NCBI GenBank assembly: GCA_013239625.1 | Contig: MU054166.1 | Span: forward strand, 343,035-380,733 | Length of the DNA stretch: 37,699 bases | Source of the DNA: Lama guanicoe | Taxonomy: Eukaryota | Direction: 5' to 3' | Shown: in pieces, positions 14,501 to 25,959 of the stretch | Layout of the letters: the number at the start of each line of letters is the position of its first letter | Numbering within the stretch: the stretch's first letter is position 1 | Notes under the pieces: model-generated | Databases searched by the model: none | The model's input: only the letters and a program-made list of their open reading frames with translations | Told to the model about the DNA's origin: nothing | Program-made: the position numbers and the translations under genes

Positions 14501-14779
14501 CTGTAGATGTAAGGGGAGAGACTAAAATAGTTTAAACTTATGTCACTTTTTTCAAAGTATATACTTTTTTGTTTAAAATCTTAAATTCTAATTGGGACAT
14601 TATAAGAACAGTAAAGAAAGTGAACAAATCACCTCCCTTAATGTCATAGTACTAGAAAATATTTTGAATTTCCTGGGTTATTTTCTTCATTGTTTATCCC
14701 ACATACATGCACATTTTACTAAAAGATATGTCTATAATCTCTTTAAAATCATTTAAATTATTAAAATATTTCTCTGTGC

Positions 14780-16330
14780 TGTAAATATAGCCCTGTTGCT
14801 TCTCTAATTTATAACTGGTAACTTGCATATTTCTGTCTTCACCATCCTTCTTCTCTGTCCCCAAAGGAAATCACTACTTGTTACACTACACATATATATG
14901 TGATTCTGTTCCTGTTTCTTTATGATTATTTCTCTTATATCCTTAGTTTCCTCATATAAGTGATAACTTAGAGCGTTTTCGCTGTATGACTTATTTTCAT
15001 ATGTACAAAACTCTCTGGGTCCAGTCACATTTTTCCAAATGGAAGAATTTTATTTTTTGATATGACAATGACTAAGTATTTATTATGTTATCTATATCTC
15101 ACTTCTACATCAGCCATTCATCTGTTGATGAGCACTTGAGTTGTGTATTTATCCTTGGCTAATTTAAATGATGATGTTAAAAACATTGGGGGTAATATAT
15201 CCTTTAAAGTTAATGTTTCATGTTTTTACAGATTTATATAAAAACTGGAATTGCTGCAACATATGATGCTTCTATTTCTAGTTTTCTGTGCACTATTTAC
15301 ACTTTTCTAATAGTGGATGCATCAATATACGTTTCCCCCAACAGTGTACCTGGGATCCGTTTTATCGACATTCTTATTAATGTTTGTCATTAGAAGCCTT
15401 TTTAAATAGCCATTTTGGTGGCTGTGAGATTATATTTCAGTCTGGTTTTGATTTAAGATTTCCTAATGGATAGCAACGTTATGTTTCTTTTTATGTGAAT
15501 GAAAATCATCCACATGTCTTTTGTTGAAAAGATTCCATGAAGATCTTTAAAGTGTTTTAAAGTTGGGGCCTGTGTTTTAAAATATTGTGTCTAATATGCT
15601 ACATATATACTATGGATATTAACACCTTGTTAGTCTCATTGTCTGAAATTTTTCCTTCTATTCTGTGTGTTGTCATATGTCTTGTAGAAGGTTTCCTTTG
15701 CACTGCAAAAGGCTTTGTACTTCACAATAATACAAGAAGTAGAATCCCTGTATCACGTAGTACATCTTATTTTTCCTATATAAACATAAAACTATTATTG
15801 ATAATTTTCCTTTTTTTTTGACTTAGGAGACAGATAACCAATAAATATTTCTAAAATTTATCTCAAAGATAGTTCTCCTCATGTTTCTGGTCAGAAATTT
15901 TACAATTTCAGGTTTTACATTTAGGAAATTAATCAATTTTTATCTTACTGTGTATTCTATGAAAGGAAGTGATCATACATCTTCCTTTTGCATGTTCTGT
16001 CCAGTGTTCCCAGGACTACTTGTTGAAGAGACTGCCTTTTTTCCATTGTATACTCTTACCTCCTTCATTGTAGACTAATTGACCAGATGTGTGTGGGTTT
16101 ATTCTTGGACATTTTTTTGTTCCATTGATCTATGTGTCTATTTAGTGATATATTTTGATGTCTTGATTACTGTAGCTTTACATTTCTTTATAAATTCAGG
16201 GAGGATAATACCCACTGCTTTGTTCATTTTTCAAAGATAACTTTAGAAAATTTGGGTCTTCCCTATTTTTGTATAAATTTTATTATTTTTCTCCTTGTTT
16301 TGAGAAGAAATATATGGATTCTGTGAGAAT
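14780..16330 (-). mobile_element. LINE-1 3' fragment (3'UTR and ORF2 C-terminus)
   Basis: ccattcatctgttgatgagcactt, ttgttgaagagactgcctttttccattg and related antisense L1 3' text. Confidence 0.82.
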
Positions 16331-19300
16331 AGGAATTTATCAAATGTAAAACCCTAAGAAAAATATTAAAATGTGGAGGATAAATCAAACAATATTAAAC
16401 AAACAATGGATTGCTGTATAAATCAAAGAAAATATATATAAAGAAAAATGACAACAAAAACAAAGTCCATGGTGTATAGCAAAAGCAGCATTAATAGGGA
16501 TGCTTATAGCAAAATAATAACACTTATACAAATAAGAAATATCTCTCTCTTATAATATAATCTTAGAAACAACAGATATAGCAAAATAAGAAAAAACTTG
16601 TTAGTAGAAGGAAAGACAGCTGAAAGGTCAGAACATAAATAAATAAAATAATGATTAAAAATATAAACATTCAATCAAACTAAATAATGGCTTTTGTAAG
16701 ATAAATAAAATTGATAAACTTTAAGCAGACTCATGAGAAAAAAGGGTACAGATTAATAAGCTCAGAAATAAATGAGAAGTTACAGCTTATATCAAAGAAA
16801 TACAAAGCATCATTAGAAGATACAACAAGTTATATGTAAATAAATTGGAAACCCTAGAAGAAATATACAATTTCTGAGAAAGACATAATCTCCAGGATGG
16901 AATGAGAAATAGAAAAAAAGAACAGATTACCACTAATGAAATTGAATAAGCAATTAAGCAAAATCTCCCAAGAAACAGAATTCAAGGCCTAGACAGCTTC
17001 ACAGGTGAATTCTGCCAAACATTTAGAGAAGAGCTATCAAGTATACTTCTCAGAGAATTCCAAAAATTTTCAGAGGAAAGAAGGTTTCCTACCCCACATT
17101 TCTGTATCACACTACTACTAAAACTAGAACAAATACCTCAAAATTACAGGTTAAATACTACTGATAAGCATTGATGTAAAAAACAACACTGAAATGTTAG
17201 CAAAGCGTAAGATACAGTAATAAGATTATATAGTAAGATTAAGTCAATTTTAATCCAGGGATGCAAAAGTGATTCATTAACTACAAATTAATCAATATAA
17301 TAAACCACACTAACAAATTAAATAATAAAAGTTATACAGTCATATCAATAAAGTCATAAAATGTTTTGACAATTCATTAACTATTTAAGATTATATTTTT
17401 CCTCAAAGTGGGCATGAGGAAACATACCTCAACACAGTTAAGGTCATATATGACAAGAACTCAACTAACATGACACTCACTGATTAAAAGCTGAAAGCAT
17501 CTCCTGTAAGAGCAGGAAGAAGACAAGAATGCTCACTCTTACCACTTTTATTCAGTATAGTATTGGAAATTCTAGCCATAGCTATCCAAAATAAATGGAA
17601 ATATAATTAGCTAATTAAGAATAGGACTAAAAGTATCTGTTTGCAGATGACATACTTTAAACAGAAATCCTATAGATGGCACCTGAAAACTAATAAGCCT
17701 CATAAGTGCACTTGGTAAAATTTCAGAATGTAAAATTAACATACAGAAACTTACATTTCTACACACTAACAACAAACTAACAGATAGAGAAAGTGAGGGA
17801 ACTGTCTCATTTAGAGTTGCATTAAAAAAAAAAAAAATCTACAAATATATCCAGCCAAAGAAGTAAAAGAACTATACACAAAAAACTGTAAAATATTTAA
17901 AACAGAAATTGAAGATAATGCAAACAGATGAAAGAATATGCTGTGTTTATTGATGAGAAAAATAATATTGTTTAAATGACAGGACTAGCCAAGAAATTAC
18001 ATTAATTAAATTCAGTGCCTATCAAAATACCAAGGGCATTTTCAGAATTTAAAATAAATAATTCTAAAATTTACATGTAAACGCAAAAGGGTTGAAATCA
18101 CTAAAAAAAAGAAAGACAAGAAAACAAAGAATAAACACAAACATATTTGACAAAGAACAAAGTGGATGTATCACTTTCCCTGATTTAAATCTATAATACA
18201 AAGCTACAGTAATAAAAAGAATATGGCAGTGGCAGAGAACAAAGAAAATAATGGAACACGAAGAAAGCCTGAAAATGAAATTAGACAGTAATGGTCTTTT
18301 AGCCTATTACAAAAATGAATACACAGTGGGAGAAAGGTAAACAACAGGCATATGGAAACGGTCAGCATCACTAACCATCAGAAAAATGTAAGTCCAAAAC
18401 ACAATAAGATTTTATGTCAGTCCTGTCAGAATGAATATTACCAAAAAGATAACAAATATAAGTATTGGTGAGGATGTAAGAAAAACAACCCTGATGCACT
18501 GCTGGAGTGAATGTAAATTTGTGCTGGCACTGTGGAAATCAGTATGCAGTTTTATCTAAAAATTAAAATTGAAATATAATCCAACATTTCCATATCTGGA
18601 TAATTATTCCAAGAAAATAAAAACACAAACTAGAATGGATAAATTCAAACCTATATTCACTGCAGCATTATTTACAATAGAGAGGGTTTAGAAGCAAATT
18701 AATTGTTCATCAATAGATGATGGATAAAAAATGTGTGTTTATAGTATATATATCTACCCATCTATATTTTTTATTTTTATATTGTACAGATATATCTATA
18801 TTTATACATATATGTACACACACAGGTAAAAATACAATGGGTTATAATTCAGCTATAAAAAGAATAATTTCTCCATTTGCAACAATTGGGTAGACCAAGA
18901 GGTTAATATGATAAGTGAAATAAGTCAGAAAGAGAATGACAAATGCTGTATGATTTTACTCATATTTGGAATTTAAAAGAAATTAACATAACACAACAGA
19001 AAATGAGATATAGATATACAAAGAAAAAGGTTGTTCAGAAGAAGGAGGGAAAAGATACGAGGAAAAAGAAATATTTGACGAATATTAAGAGAGAAAATTT
19101 TCCAGTTGCAAATTAAATGAGTCACGGGCAAGAAATGTCCTGTATGGGGAATAGTAAATAACTATGAAATATCTTTAGATAGCAACATATCATACTTAGA
19201 TATATTCCAGTGATCAGTTTGAAATGTATTAAAATAGCAAACAGTATGTTGTGTAAGAGGAACTAACACAGTTTATAGATTTAAGTACACTTCAAAAACA

Positions 19301-19690
19301 AACATACTTATAGAAATAAATTAGATTTGTAGCTAAAAGAGTCAGGTTTTGGGAAAGGAGGATTTGATTACTGCACTCAAAAGCTACAAACCGCTAGCCA
19401 TAAAATAAATGTGTCCTAGGGATGCCCCATAGTAACATGAAAATTATAATTAATACTGATTTATGTTATATATGAATGTTGTTAAGGGAGTAGACCCTAA
19501 GTTTTCTCATCACAACCAAAAGGCATATTGTATCACATTAATATTGTATCTAAATGAGATAATGAAATCTCCCTAAATTTGCTATGATATTTATTTCATG
19601 ATACTTGTAAATCAAATCACTATCCAGTGCACCTAAACTTACATAATATTCTGCACCAATTATACCTCAATAGATGTGGAAGGAAAAATG
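16331..19690 (+). mobile_element. Degraded LINE-1 ORF2 plus long 3'UTR, with an internal deletion near 18335
   Basis: RT motif tctgtttgcagatgacat (LFADD) at ~17636-17653; ataagtgaaataagtcagaaagagaa near the ORF2 end; 3'UTR ends ...caattatacctcaata. Confidence 0.85.
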
Positions 19691-19869
19691 GAAAGTCAAT
19701 ATTCAATTATTCCCATGACATTTCACATGATTGTTTCTGCAGCAAGTAAACTTGAGTCATGTTAAACTTATCCTAAGTAAACATACTAATTAATAAGTGA
19801 TTCTAATAAATAATACAAAAAGATAGTAATAAAATTAGTGTTTTATCATGCCTTAATCTTTCTTCATGT

Positions 19870-20690
19870 TAACAGCCCACTGCTTCTGCAGGTATCAAAA
19901 TTTCACTCAGTGTATTCATCTGAGATTAGGGAATGGATACAAATTTAAAACTGGCTGCTCTTTCTGTGAGTGATAAAGTTCACTGTCTCTGACCAATAGC
20001 CTCATCTCCCCGACAGCATCTGTAAGAAATGAACATGCAGGTTGCTAAAAATCTCAGCATGGTAAAATCTCAGAACTCCTACAATTCTTAACTGTTTTGT
20101 AATGGGAATACAATACTGACAAAGACTTGATTTTGGATAACAATGTGCTGTTTTCTCATGGTTGCATTAAGGGATCTGAGGAAAATCCCTGAGATCCACA
20201 ACAAACATTCTTGCTCAAGTTCTGGACAAAGAAGTGCAAAGGCTCTGCATTATTAGGACTGAGGACTGCTTTCAAAATGACGACTATGCTCACTTTATTT
20301 CAGGTAGTCCAAGGAAAGAAAGGTTATTGCAATTTCTAGGTGAATGGAAATGTCAGTGGTTCAGTCTCTATAAATTAGTCAAGGGGTTATCAAAGCCAAA
20401 ATAAGTTGTGTCAACAATAGAAAAACAAAGAAATTAGACTAGACATAAGATTCAAAAGGAGACACAGTCCTGTGCTGTGCTCTGGGGACTGGAGAATGTA
20501 TATGCCTCAGTCCAATTCAAGGGTTCAGTGGCTTGGCCCTAGCATCAGCTAGGGATTCAATGAACAGGTAACAATAAGTATACTGGGTGAAATATAATGT
20601 ACCTCTCCCTGATTGGAAGAAAGTCTGGTGGCTCAATGAAACTATTAATTCACAGAAATACTGCCAGTTGCAGAGTAATTCACTGATGAA
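19870..20690 (+). mobile_element. Probable ERVL-class LTR 3' part (MER74-like, to ~20092) followed by internal-sequence remnant
   Basis: gataaagttcactgtctctgacc...ggtaaaatctcagaactcctacaattcttaac resembles the 3' end of MER74-type LTRs as I recall it; not checked against a repeat library. Confidence 0.4.
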
Positions 20691-20731
20691 CAAACAAAGA
20701 TAATATTAGTTACTGCTTAACAATCCATCTT

Positions 20732-20746
20732 CACACACACACACAC
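20732..20746. repeat. Short (CA)n microsatellite
   Basis: cacacacacacacaca. Confidence 0.8.
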
Positions 20747-22039
20747 AGTGGTAGACATATTTGTAGTGTTTAGTGGTAAAAGTTCTGTGGGCAGAGCTCA
20801 GAGGACAGATTTCAAACACCAGACAACATTTCTACTTTTGCCAATAGTCTAGCTTTTCCGAGGTAGAAAACTAGAAATGGAGAAACCAACAATATTCTTC
20901 TTTAGGATTTCTAACTTTAAAAGTAAACTGTAGCTTTTGACTTATCAGTATACAACCTTGTTAAGATGATCACGGTAAGACCACTGTCTGATAAAAGAGC
21001 TGGAGACTAGCTGCTGAACCAGTTCATCTGAACCCCAGACTTCTAATGTAAGCAACAACATAGCCACCATCAGTGTTGAGCTGACAAACAGAAAACCTTG
21101 ATGTTTCTGTTGTAGGAACAACCACTGCTGTCCAGGCACAGATCTCCTGCTGCAAGTAGTCTCTTTTCTTCTTTTGGTAAAGGACATATTGGTGGGATGT
21201 TGCAAGAGCTTACCCTGGCCCATTTGCCCTTTCTCCAGAATATCAAAATCATTCTTCCCAACTGGTGACATATTTTCAGGACACAAATTTGCCATTCCGG
21301 TCTTATCAGCTGACACTGGCTGCATGACTAAGCGCAGAAGCCTTAGACACCCTGACATTGCCTACAATTTTTCCAGCATTTCACTGCATTTCACATTCTG
21401 TAAATGCTTCACCCTTTATTTTAAATTAATTGGAAATAGTCGAAGTCTTCCATGAATATTTTATATTTCCTAATATCATCAGAAATTGGTACTCATGCAG
21501 TTGGACAAATTTTAATTCCATCACCCTCGCCTCCTTCTACTCCACACATTTTAGGTTGCAATTTGGTTACTGAATACGACCACTCCAACCAAGGGTCTAG
21601 TATCTCTTTGATACTTCCTGTGTGAAGGTTAGAAGGGGCAAAATTTATGTGGGATGCATAAACCTACATTAAATGTTTACAAAAGCACTGTCTCTTCTGG
21701 GCAAAGCTCTGATTCTAAGAAGTAAATTAATTAGAAGTCAGTATAGTTATTACTATGATGAAGAGAATCAGCTATTTTGGGGTGGGTGGGTGATGAAGTG
21801 TCAGGAAAAAATGCAGGAAATGGAAATGGAATGCTTTAGGCCTCTGGAGGCATGAATGAAGAAGAAAATAATAATTTGTCTGCTGTACCTACCTCCAATT
21901 ACTCTCTTGAGTGACTAGTCCATGGGCTACGAAAAGAGCTAGTTTGTGGTGAAGAGTAAAGACCATAACGAAACAGTGTGGAAACCATGAGAGATTTGTT
22001 GTTTCAGGAAAGTAGATTTTGTTTAAGTCAACATCTATT

Positions 22040-22260
22040 TTTCATTCACTAAATACTAATATGCATCCTGTGGCATGTGCTGTGCTTACTGTGCTGGTAT
22101 CCAAGTTAGACAAGGAAAGGGGGATAGACAGAAAACTTCTGAAGGAGGCAGTTTCTGTGCTGAGACTGGGAAAGTCTAAGTAGGTTAAAGGAGGACACCC
22201 AAAGTCCAAGGATGAGCTGGAGCAAAAGTGGTGAAGTTGCAGCTAATATAGTTGACAAGC
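22040..22260 (-). mobile_element. Possible ancient L2 3'-end remnant
   Basis: ttcattcactaaatactaatatgcatcctgtggcatgtgctgtgct resembles the antisense L2 terminus; highly diverged. Confidence 0.4.
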
Positions 22261-22937
22261 GTTTCCCTGGATGTATCTCCAGTTACAGTGAAACACAAAG
22301 AAATGCCAAGGTAGTCAGATGCCAAATTTATAAAGGAATGACTAAAGTAAGTTCATTTTGTGTGCTTAGATTTGGAAAGGCATTAATAGCCACCCTGAGT
22401 ATGTAAGCTTGTCTTTGGATGTAACATAAAAGCAACATAAAGTATCGATTGAAAATATAGTGTTGACCCTTGAGGACAAGAAATGAAAGCAACAATTGAA
22501 ATGCTTTGATAACAGAACAAAGAAGACAAGAGATAAAATTTCTTCTTAAAATCTACCAGATGCTGTATATGCCACCTGAGAATAAGTCATATGACCTTTA
22601 TGATTCCAGGGATGACATAATAGAGACCATGATCCCTGGGCCAGTTCCTGCACTTATCTCCTGTTCCAGCCTATCCTAAATTAACACTTTTAATACTTTC
22701 CAGGATGAACCAGAAACCACTTAGTACTTTTCCCTCTCTCCATGTTATAGTCTTCCTCCAATTTCTTCCATTTTCTCTTCTTCCTTACTAGAAATTATTT
22801 AAAATAACTACCATATTGTTCCATCAAATGATCATATCAATCAAGTATCACTTTTTATGTTTAAATTGTAACTTAGTCTCCCATTTATCTCTTAAAACTA
22901 TTTAAAAAAATAAGGTAAATACAGGTACACATCTATG

Positions 22938-22943
22938 TTTATT
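22938..22943 (-). promoter_or_regulatory. Candidate HSFY polyadenylation signal AATAAA
   Basis: TTTATT on + strand about 95 nt downstream of the stop codon; a variant ATTAAA lies at 22993-22998. Confidence 0.55.
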
Positions 22944-23036
22944 TTTCAAATAAGAAAATTGCAGATATTTGTCTACATTTTCCAACATCAATTTTAATCT
23001 CTGTTATCCTGCATAATCTGGTAGTCCTCTGGTAGA

Positions 23037-23728
23037 TCAGTTGTGACTAGGATGACTTTCATAAACTGAAGATGTCTGATGAGTTGGTTTTGAAAGAGAG
23101 TTTGCTGATGTATCAGCTATCAATGGCACTGGAAACTGTGGGTTGCTCCCTGGTTGAAGTTTAGAAAAACGACCTTCATTGGCAGATATGTTGTGATATC
23201 TATTTGGAAAAATAGAAGGTTCCAACATCTGTCCAAAATAATTCCTCTGTATGGGATACAAGATGCTGTTCTGAGAAGTAGAAGTTGTAGTTGTAATGAA
23301 TTTCACAACCCGGCTATATGCTTCAGTGTAGCTTCTTTGAGAGTGCCCGTGGACAGTGGTGAACTTCTTTAAAATAGCACGTTGATTCACTGCAATTTGT
23401 ACTGGTGGTCTCACTGACATTGATGATGGAGGAGAATAATCACCTCTGATCGGCGTAGTTGTATCACCAATTATGTGGCTGGTAGAAGGCATTCTTATTA
23501 GAGGCATGTTTAAATTTACAGAAGGTAAAAATGCGCCTTCTCCTCTAGTGTCACCCACAAAATCAGAATTATGATTATCCACATTACCCACTCCTTTATA
23601 CTGCTTCTTGCTGAAATCTTCAGCTAATGAATATACCAGAGAGATATTTTTAATCCCAACTCTTCTTTTATTCTCACTGAAAGCTGGGGACAGACACGTT
23701 TAATATTTGTATATTGATAGAACTGCAG
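23037..23728 (-). CDS. HSFY: HSFY coding exon 2, frameshifted after about 20 codons
   Basis: Reads LQFYQYTNIKRVCPQLSVRIK, then needs one more base to continue RRVGIKNISLV...VGNVDNHNSDF into ORF 23037..23591; exon length 692 is not a multiple of 3. Confidence 0.86.
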
Positions 23729-24198
23729 CTACAACCAAAGTAAAAGATTTCAGTAATAATTTAAACCAAAATACAACACTATAATAAGCCTAACCTATAA
23801 AACCTCAGATTTCACGTTTATTATGCACAGATAATATCATCAAAATATGAACATTCCTGACGGTATTTTGAAGTTCCTTATTTGGAAAATACACATTTAA
23901 ATAGTATATCATCAATTTAAGAAGTTAGAATTTGCAGTAATGGTGAATGCCACTTTTCAAAAGCAGCTTTAATACCTTTATTTAGATTTCTGATAAGATT
24001 CATAGTTGCAGGCAAAGTTTCTTATAATGTGAATACTTAAGTCACTGTCCTCATTTTTTATAATAAATAAAGTGTTTGAGCCTTAGTAATTTTATACAAT
24101 TTTCAAAATCTAGCTTTACATTTATATTACCATAGATTAATATATAAAATAAAATTTTATATATAAGTTACGAAGTGGTAACTAAAGTTTCTGAATAC
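23729..24198 (-). other. HSFY: HSFY intron, 470 nt, phase 0, GT-AG
   Basis: Donor GT at 24198-24197; acceptor CTTTTACTTTGGTTGTAG ending at 23729; splicing joins SVLSK to LQFY, continuing the HSF domain. Confidence 0.85.
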
Positions 24199-24711
24199 CT
24201 TGCTTAAAACAGAGACTTCTTTTTCTTCTGCCAGAAAGTCTGCTAGAAATACAGATCTTTGAAAATTCTGCCGCACTTTACTGAACCCATAAAGGTTAAG
24301 CTGTCTAACTAAACTTTTCATACTTCCAGTTTGAAATATTCTGAAAGGGGCCTTTCTTTCCAAAACTTCCTTCTTAAAGACATCTTCATCAATCACTATG
24401 GAAGTTCTATTCTCATCCCATCAGATGGATTTAAATTGGTTACTCCCAACCATTTTCCAGAGTTTTCTTGGAAATGTCAGAGAACGAAATTCATTATCTT
24501 CCTCTGGTTCAGAGACACAATGTGTGGAACATGGTGTTTTTATCAAGGATTCTTCAGACAAAGTCTGAAAAGCATTTTCTTCAATAATAGACCTCAAGTC
24601 CAAGTCCCCAGAGAATGTTTGATCACACAATAGAGATCTACCGGAGTTTCCTGAACCAGTTGGTCCATTTTCAGGAGACACATCTTGAATTTCTGAAGAA
24701 ACATGTGCCAT
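24199..24711 (-). CDS. HSFY: HSFY coding exon 1 (171 codons, N-terminus and most of the HSF DNA-binding domain), interrupted by in-frame TGA at codon 97
   Basis: ORFs 24421..24711 and 24157..24396 are in the same frame: ...QFKSI*WDENRTSIVIDEDVFKKEVLERKAPFRIFQTGSMKSLVRQLNLYGFSK...SVLSK, followed by donor AAG|GTATTC. Confidence 0.88.
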
Positions 24712-24843
24712 CTCAAATAACTTTTCCTACAGCTACTTTTCTAATCTGCATGATTTTGAGCACTGCAGCTTCAAATGCTGCTTTGGCAGGCCTGCACAGA
24801 TAAACTGCTGGACCTTCACAATGTTTCTCAACTTGAGTAGCTG

Positions 24844-24875
24844 TGACATCATAAAACAACTGGTCTCCTAGCAAC
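24844..24875 (-). promoter_or_regulatory. Candidate HSFY proximal promoter: CRE-like site plus RFX X-box
   Basis: TGACATCA at 24844-24851 (one mismatch, at the CpG, from TGACGTCA) and GTCTCCTAGCAAC at 24863-24875, 133-164 nt upstream of the ATG. Confidence 0.5.
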
Positions 24876-25606
24876 TCAAGTGTAACATTCAGCCAGTGTT
24901 TACTTCTCATTCATCCAGTTAAAATGAAACATATAGGATTCTTATTTTTATAGTGTGATCTGCAAATATTATCCCCACAAATCTTTTTAAAAAATTTATT
25001 TTTGGGATTTATTAAATAAAACCTATCTCCATCCTTTTGTACACAAATTTATAACAGATTAGTGAACAGAGTATAAATAATGCAGAAAATATATAAAATA
25101 ATTTTAAAGTTTTGGAATTTTAACTGAAATTTGTCTAAAACCTGTAAAGAAAAGTGTAACTATTTCAATATCATTTGTAATTAAAGTGAAACATAATTTG
25201 ATTTGGTATTTTAAGTAGGTACTTATCTGTGCAGTTTAGAATAAGTAGCTCTATATCAAAACATGACAAGAAAAAATATCAGTTTATATGGTATGTTTCT
25301 AAATAAATTGTTAATATTTATTAAATAAGTGATTAAAAGAATCAATCAAATTTAAGAAATCCCAAAGGGGGAATTTAGTTTTAAATTGTAATTCAATGCT
25401 ATAATTGAAACAAAGGTAATTTAATATTCTACAATTATATTGCAAAAGAGACAATCTTATTGTAAATTTACAAATGTTTATTTTTGCCATTCTTTCACTT
25501 AGAGGTTTATCAGTCCCTAGAAGTAATAAATTTTATTGTCATCTTTATAATCCATACTCTTGGGGCTTCTGTTAATTGTTCCAAAATGATGTTGATAAAT
25601 ACAATT

Positions 25607-25677
25607 ATGCACAAGATCCTGGGTTCAATAAGCATTGCCTCCATTAAGGGGAATACATACAAACAATCAAAAAACAA
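25607..25677 (+). mobile_element. 5'-truncated tRNA-derived SINE remnant (Vic-1-like)
   Basis: atgcacaagatcctgggttcaataagcattgcctccattaa with B-box-like GGTTCAAT, followed by an A-rich tail. Confidence 0.45.
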
Positions 25678-25959
25678 GGCTATAACCGTATCTGTCGGTT
25701 GGGGCAGAAAAGACCAGGTAATGCATTTTAGGAAGCAATATGTTTCTCAGTCCTGAAACAGTTGGCATTGTTGGTATAATACAGCATTTTAAGACAATTG
25801 TCTTGTGCACTAATTGTAAATAATAGCTATGTTCTGTATCAGTAAACTGGAGTAAATCCTGTTCTACCAAAATTTGTATTCTTTATTTAGAAATAAATTC
25901 CATTAAACATAAACCAAATTCAAAATGAGAGATAAAGTTTTTAATTAAATAAATGTACC

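Larger units (their letters stand above)
23037..24711 (-). pseudogene. HSFY: Heat shock transcription factor, Y-linked (HSFY), two-exon unprocessed copy with a nonsense codon and a frameshift
   Basis: Translation starts MAHVSSEIQDVSP, contains HSF DNA-binding motifs FPRKLWKMV and VRQLNLYGFSKV, and ends YESHPSHN*, all collinear with HSFY as I recall it. Exon 1 is 513 nt and exon 2 is 692 nt; repairing the TGA at 24421-24423 and one missing base near 23666-23670 gives a 401-aa reading frame. Confidence 0.93.

Noticed and set aside
21324..21334. ARE-like motif ATGACTAAGCG near a GATA-like site
   Set aside because: Short degenerate motifs expected by chance; no promoter context.
20945..21358. 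137-aa minus-strand ORF in apparently unique sequence, plus overlapping ORFs
   Set aside because: No recognisable domain or homolog in any frame I read; a BLASTX hit would be needed.
24157..24396. 79-aa ORF as a separate gene
   Set aside because: It is the post-stop half of HSFY exon 1 running into the intron (VFRNFSYHFVTYI is intronic).
23154..24803. Plus-strand ORFs overlapping HSFY (23154..23372, 24331..24633, 24615..24803)
   Set aside because: Antisense shadows of the HSFY coding sequence with no independent support.
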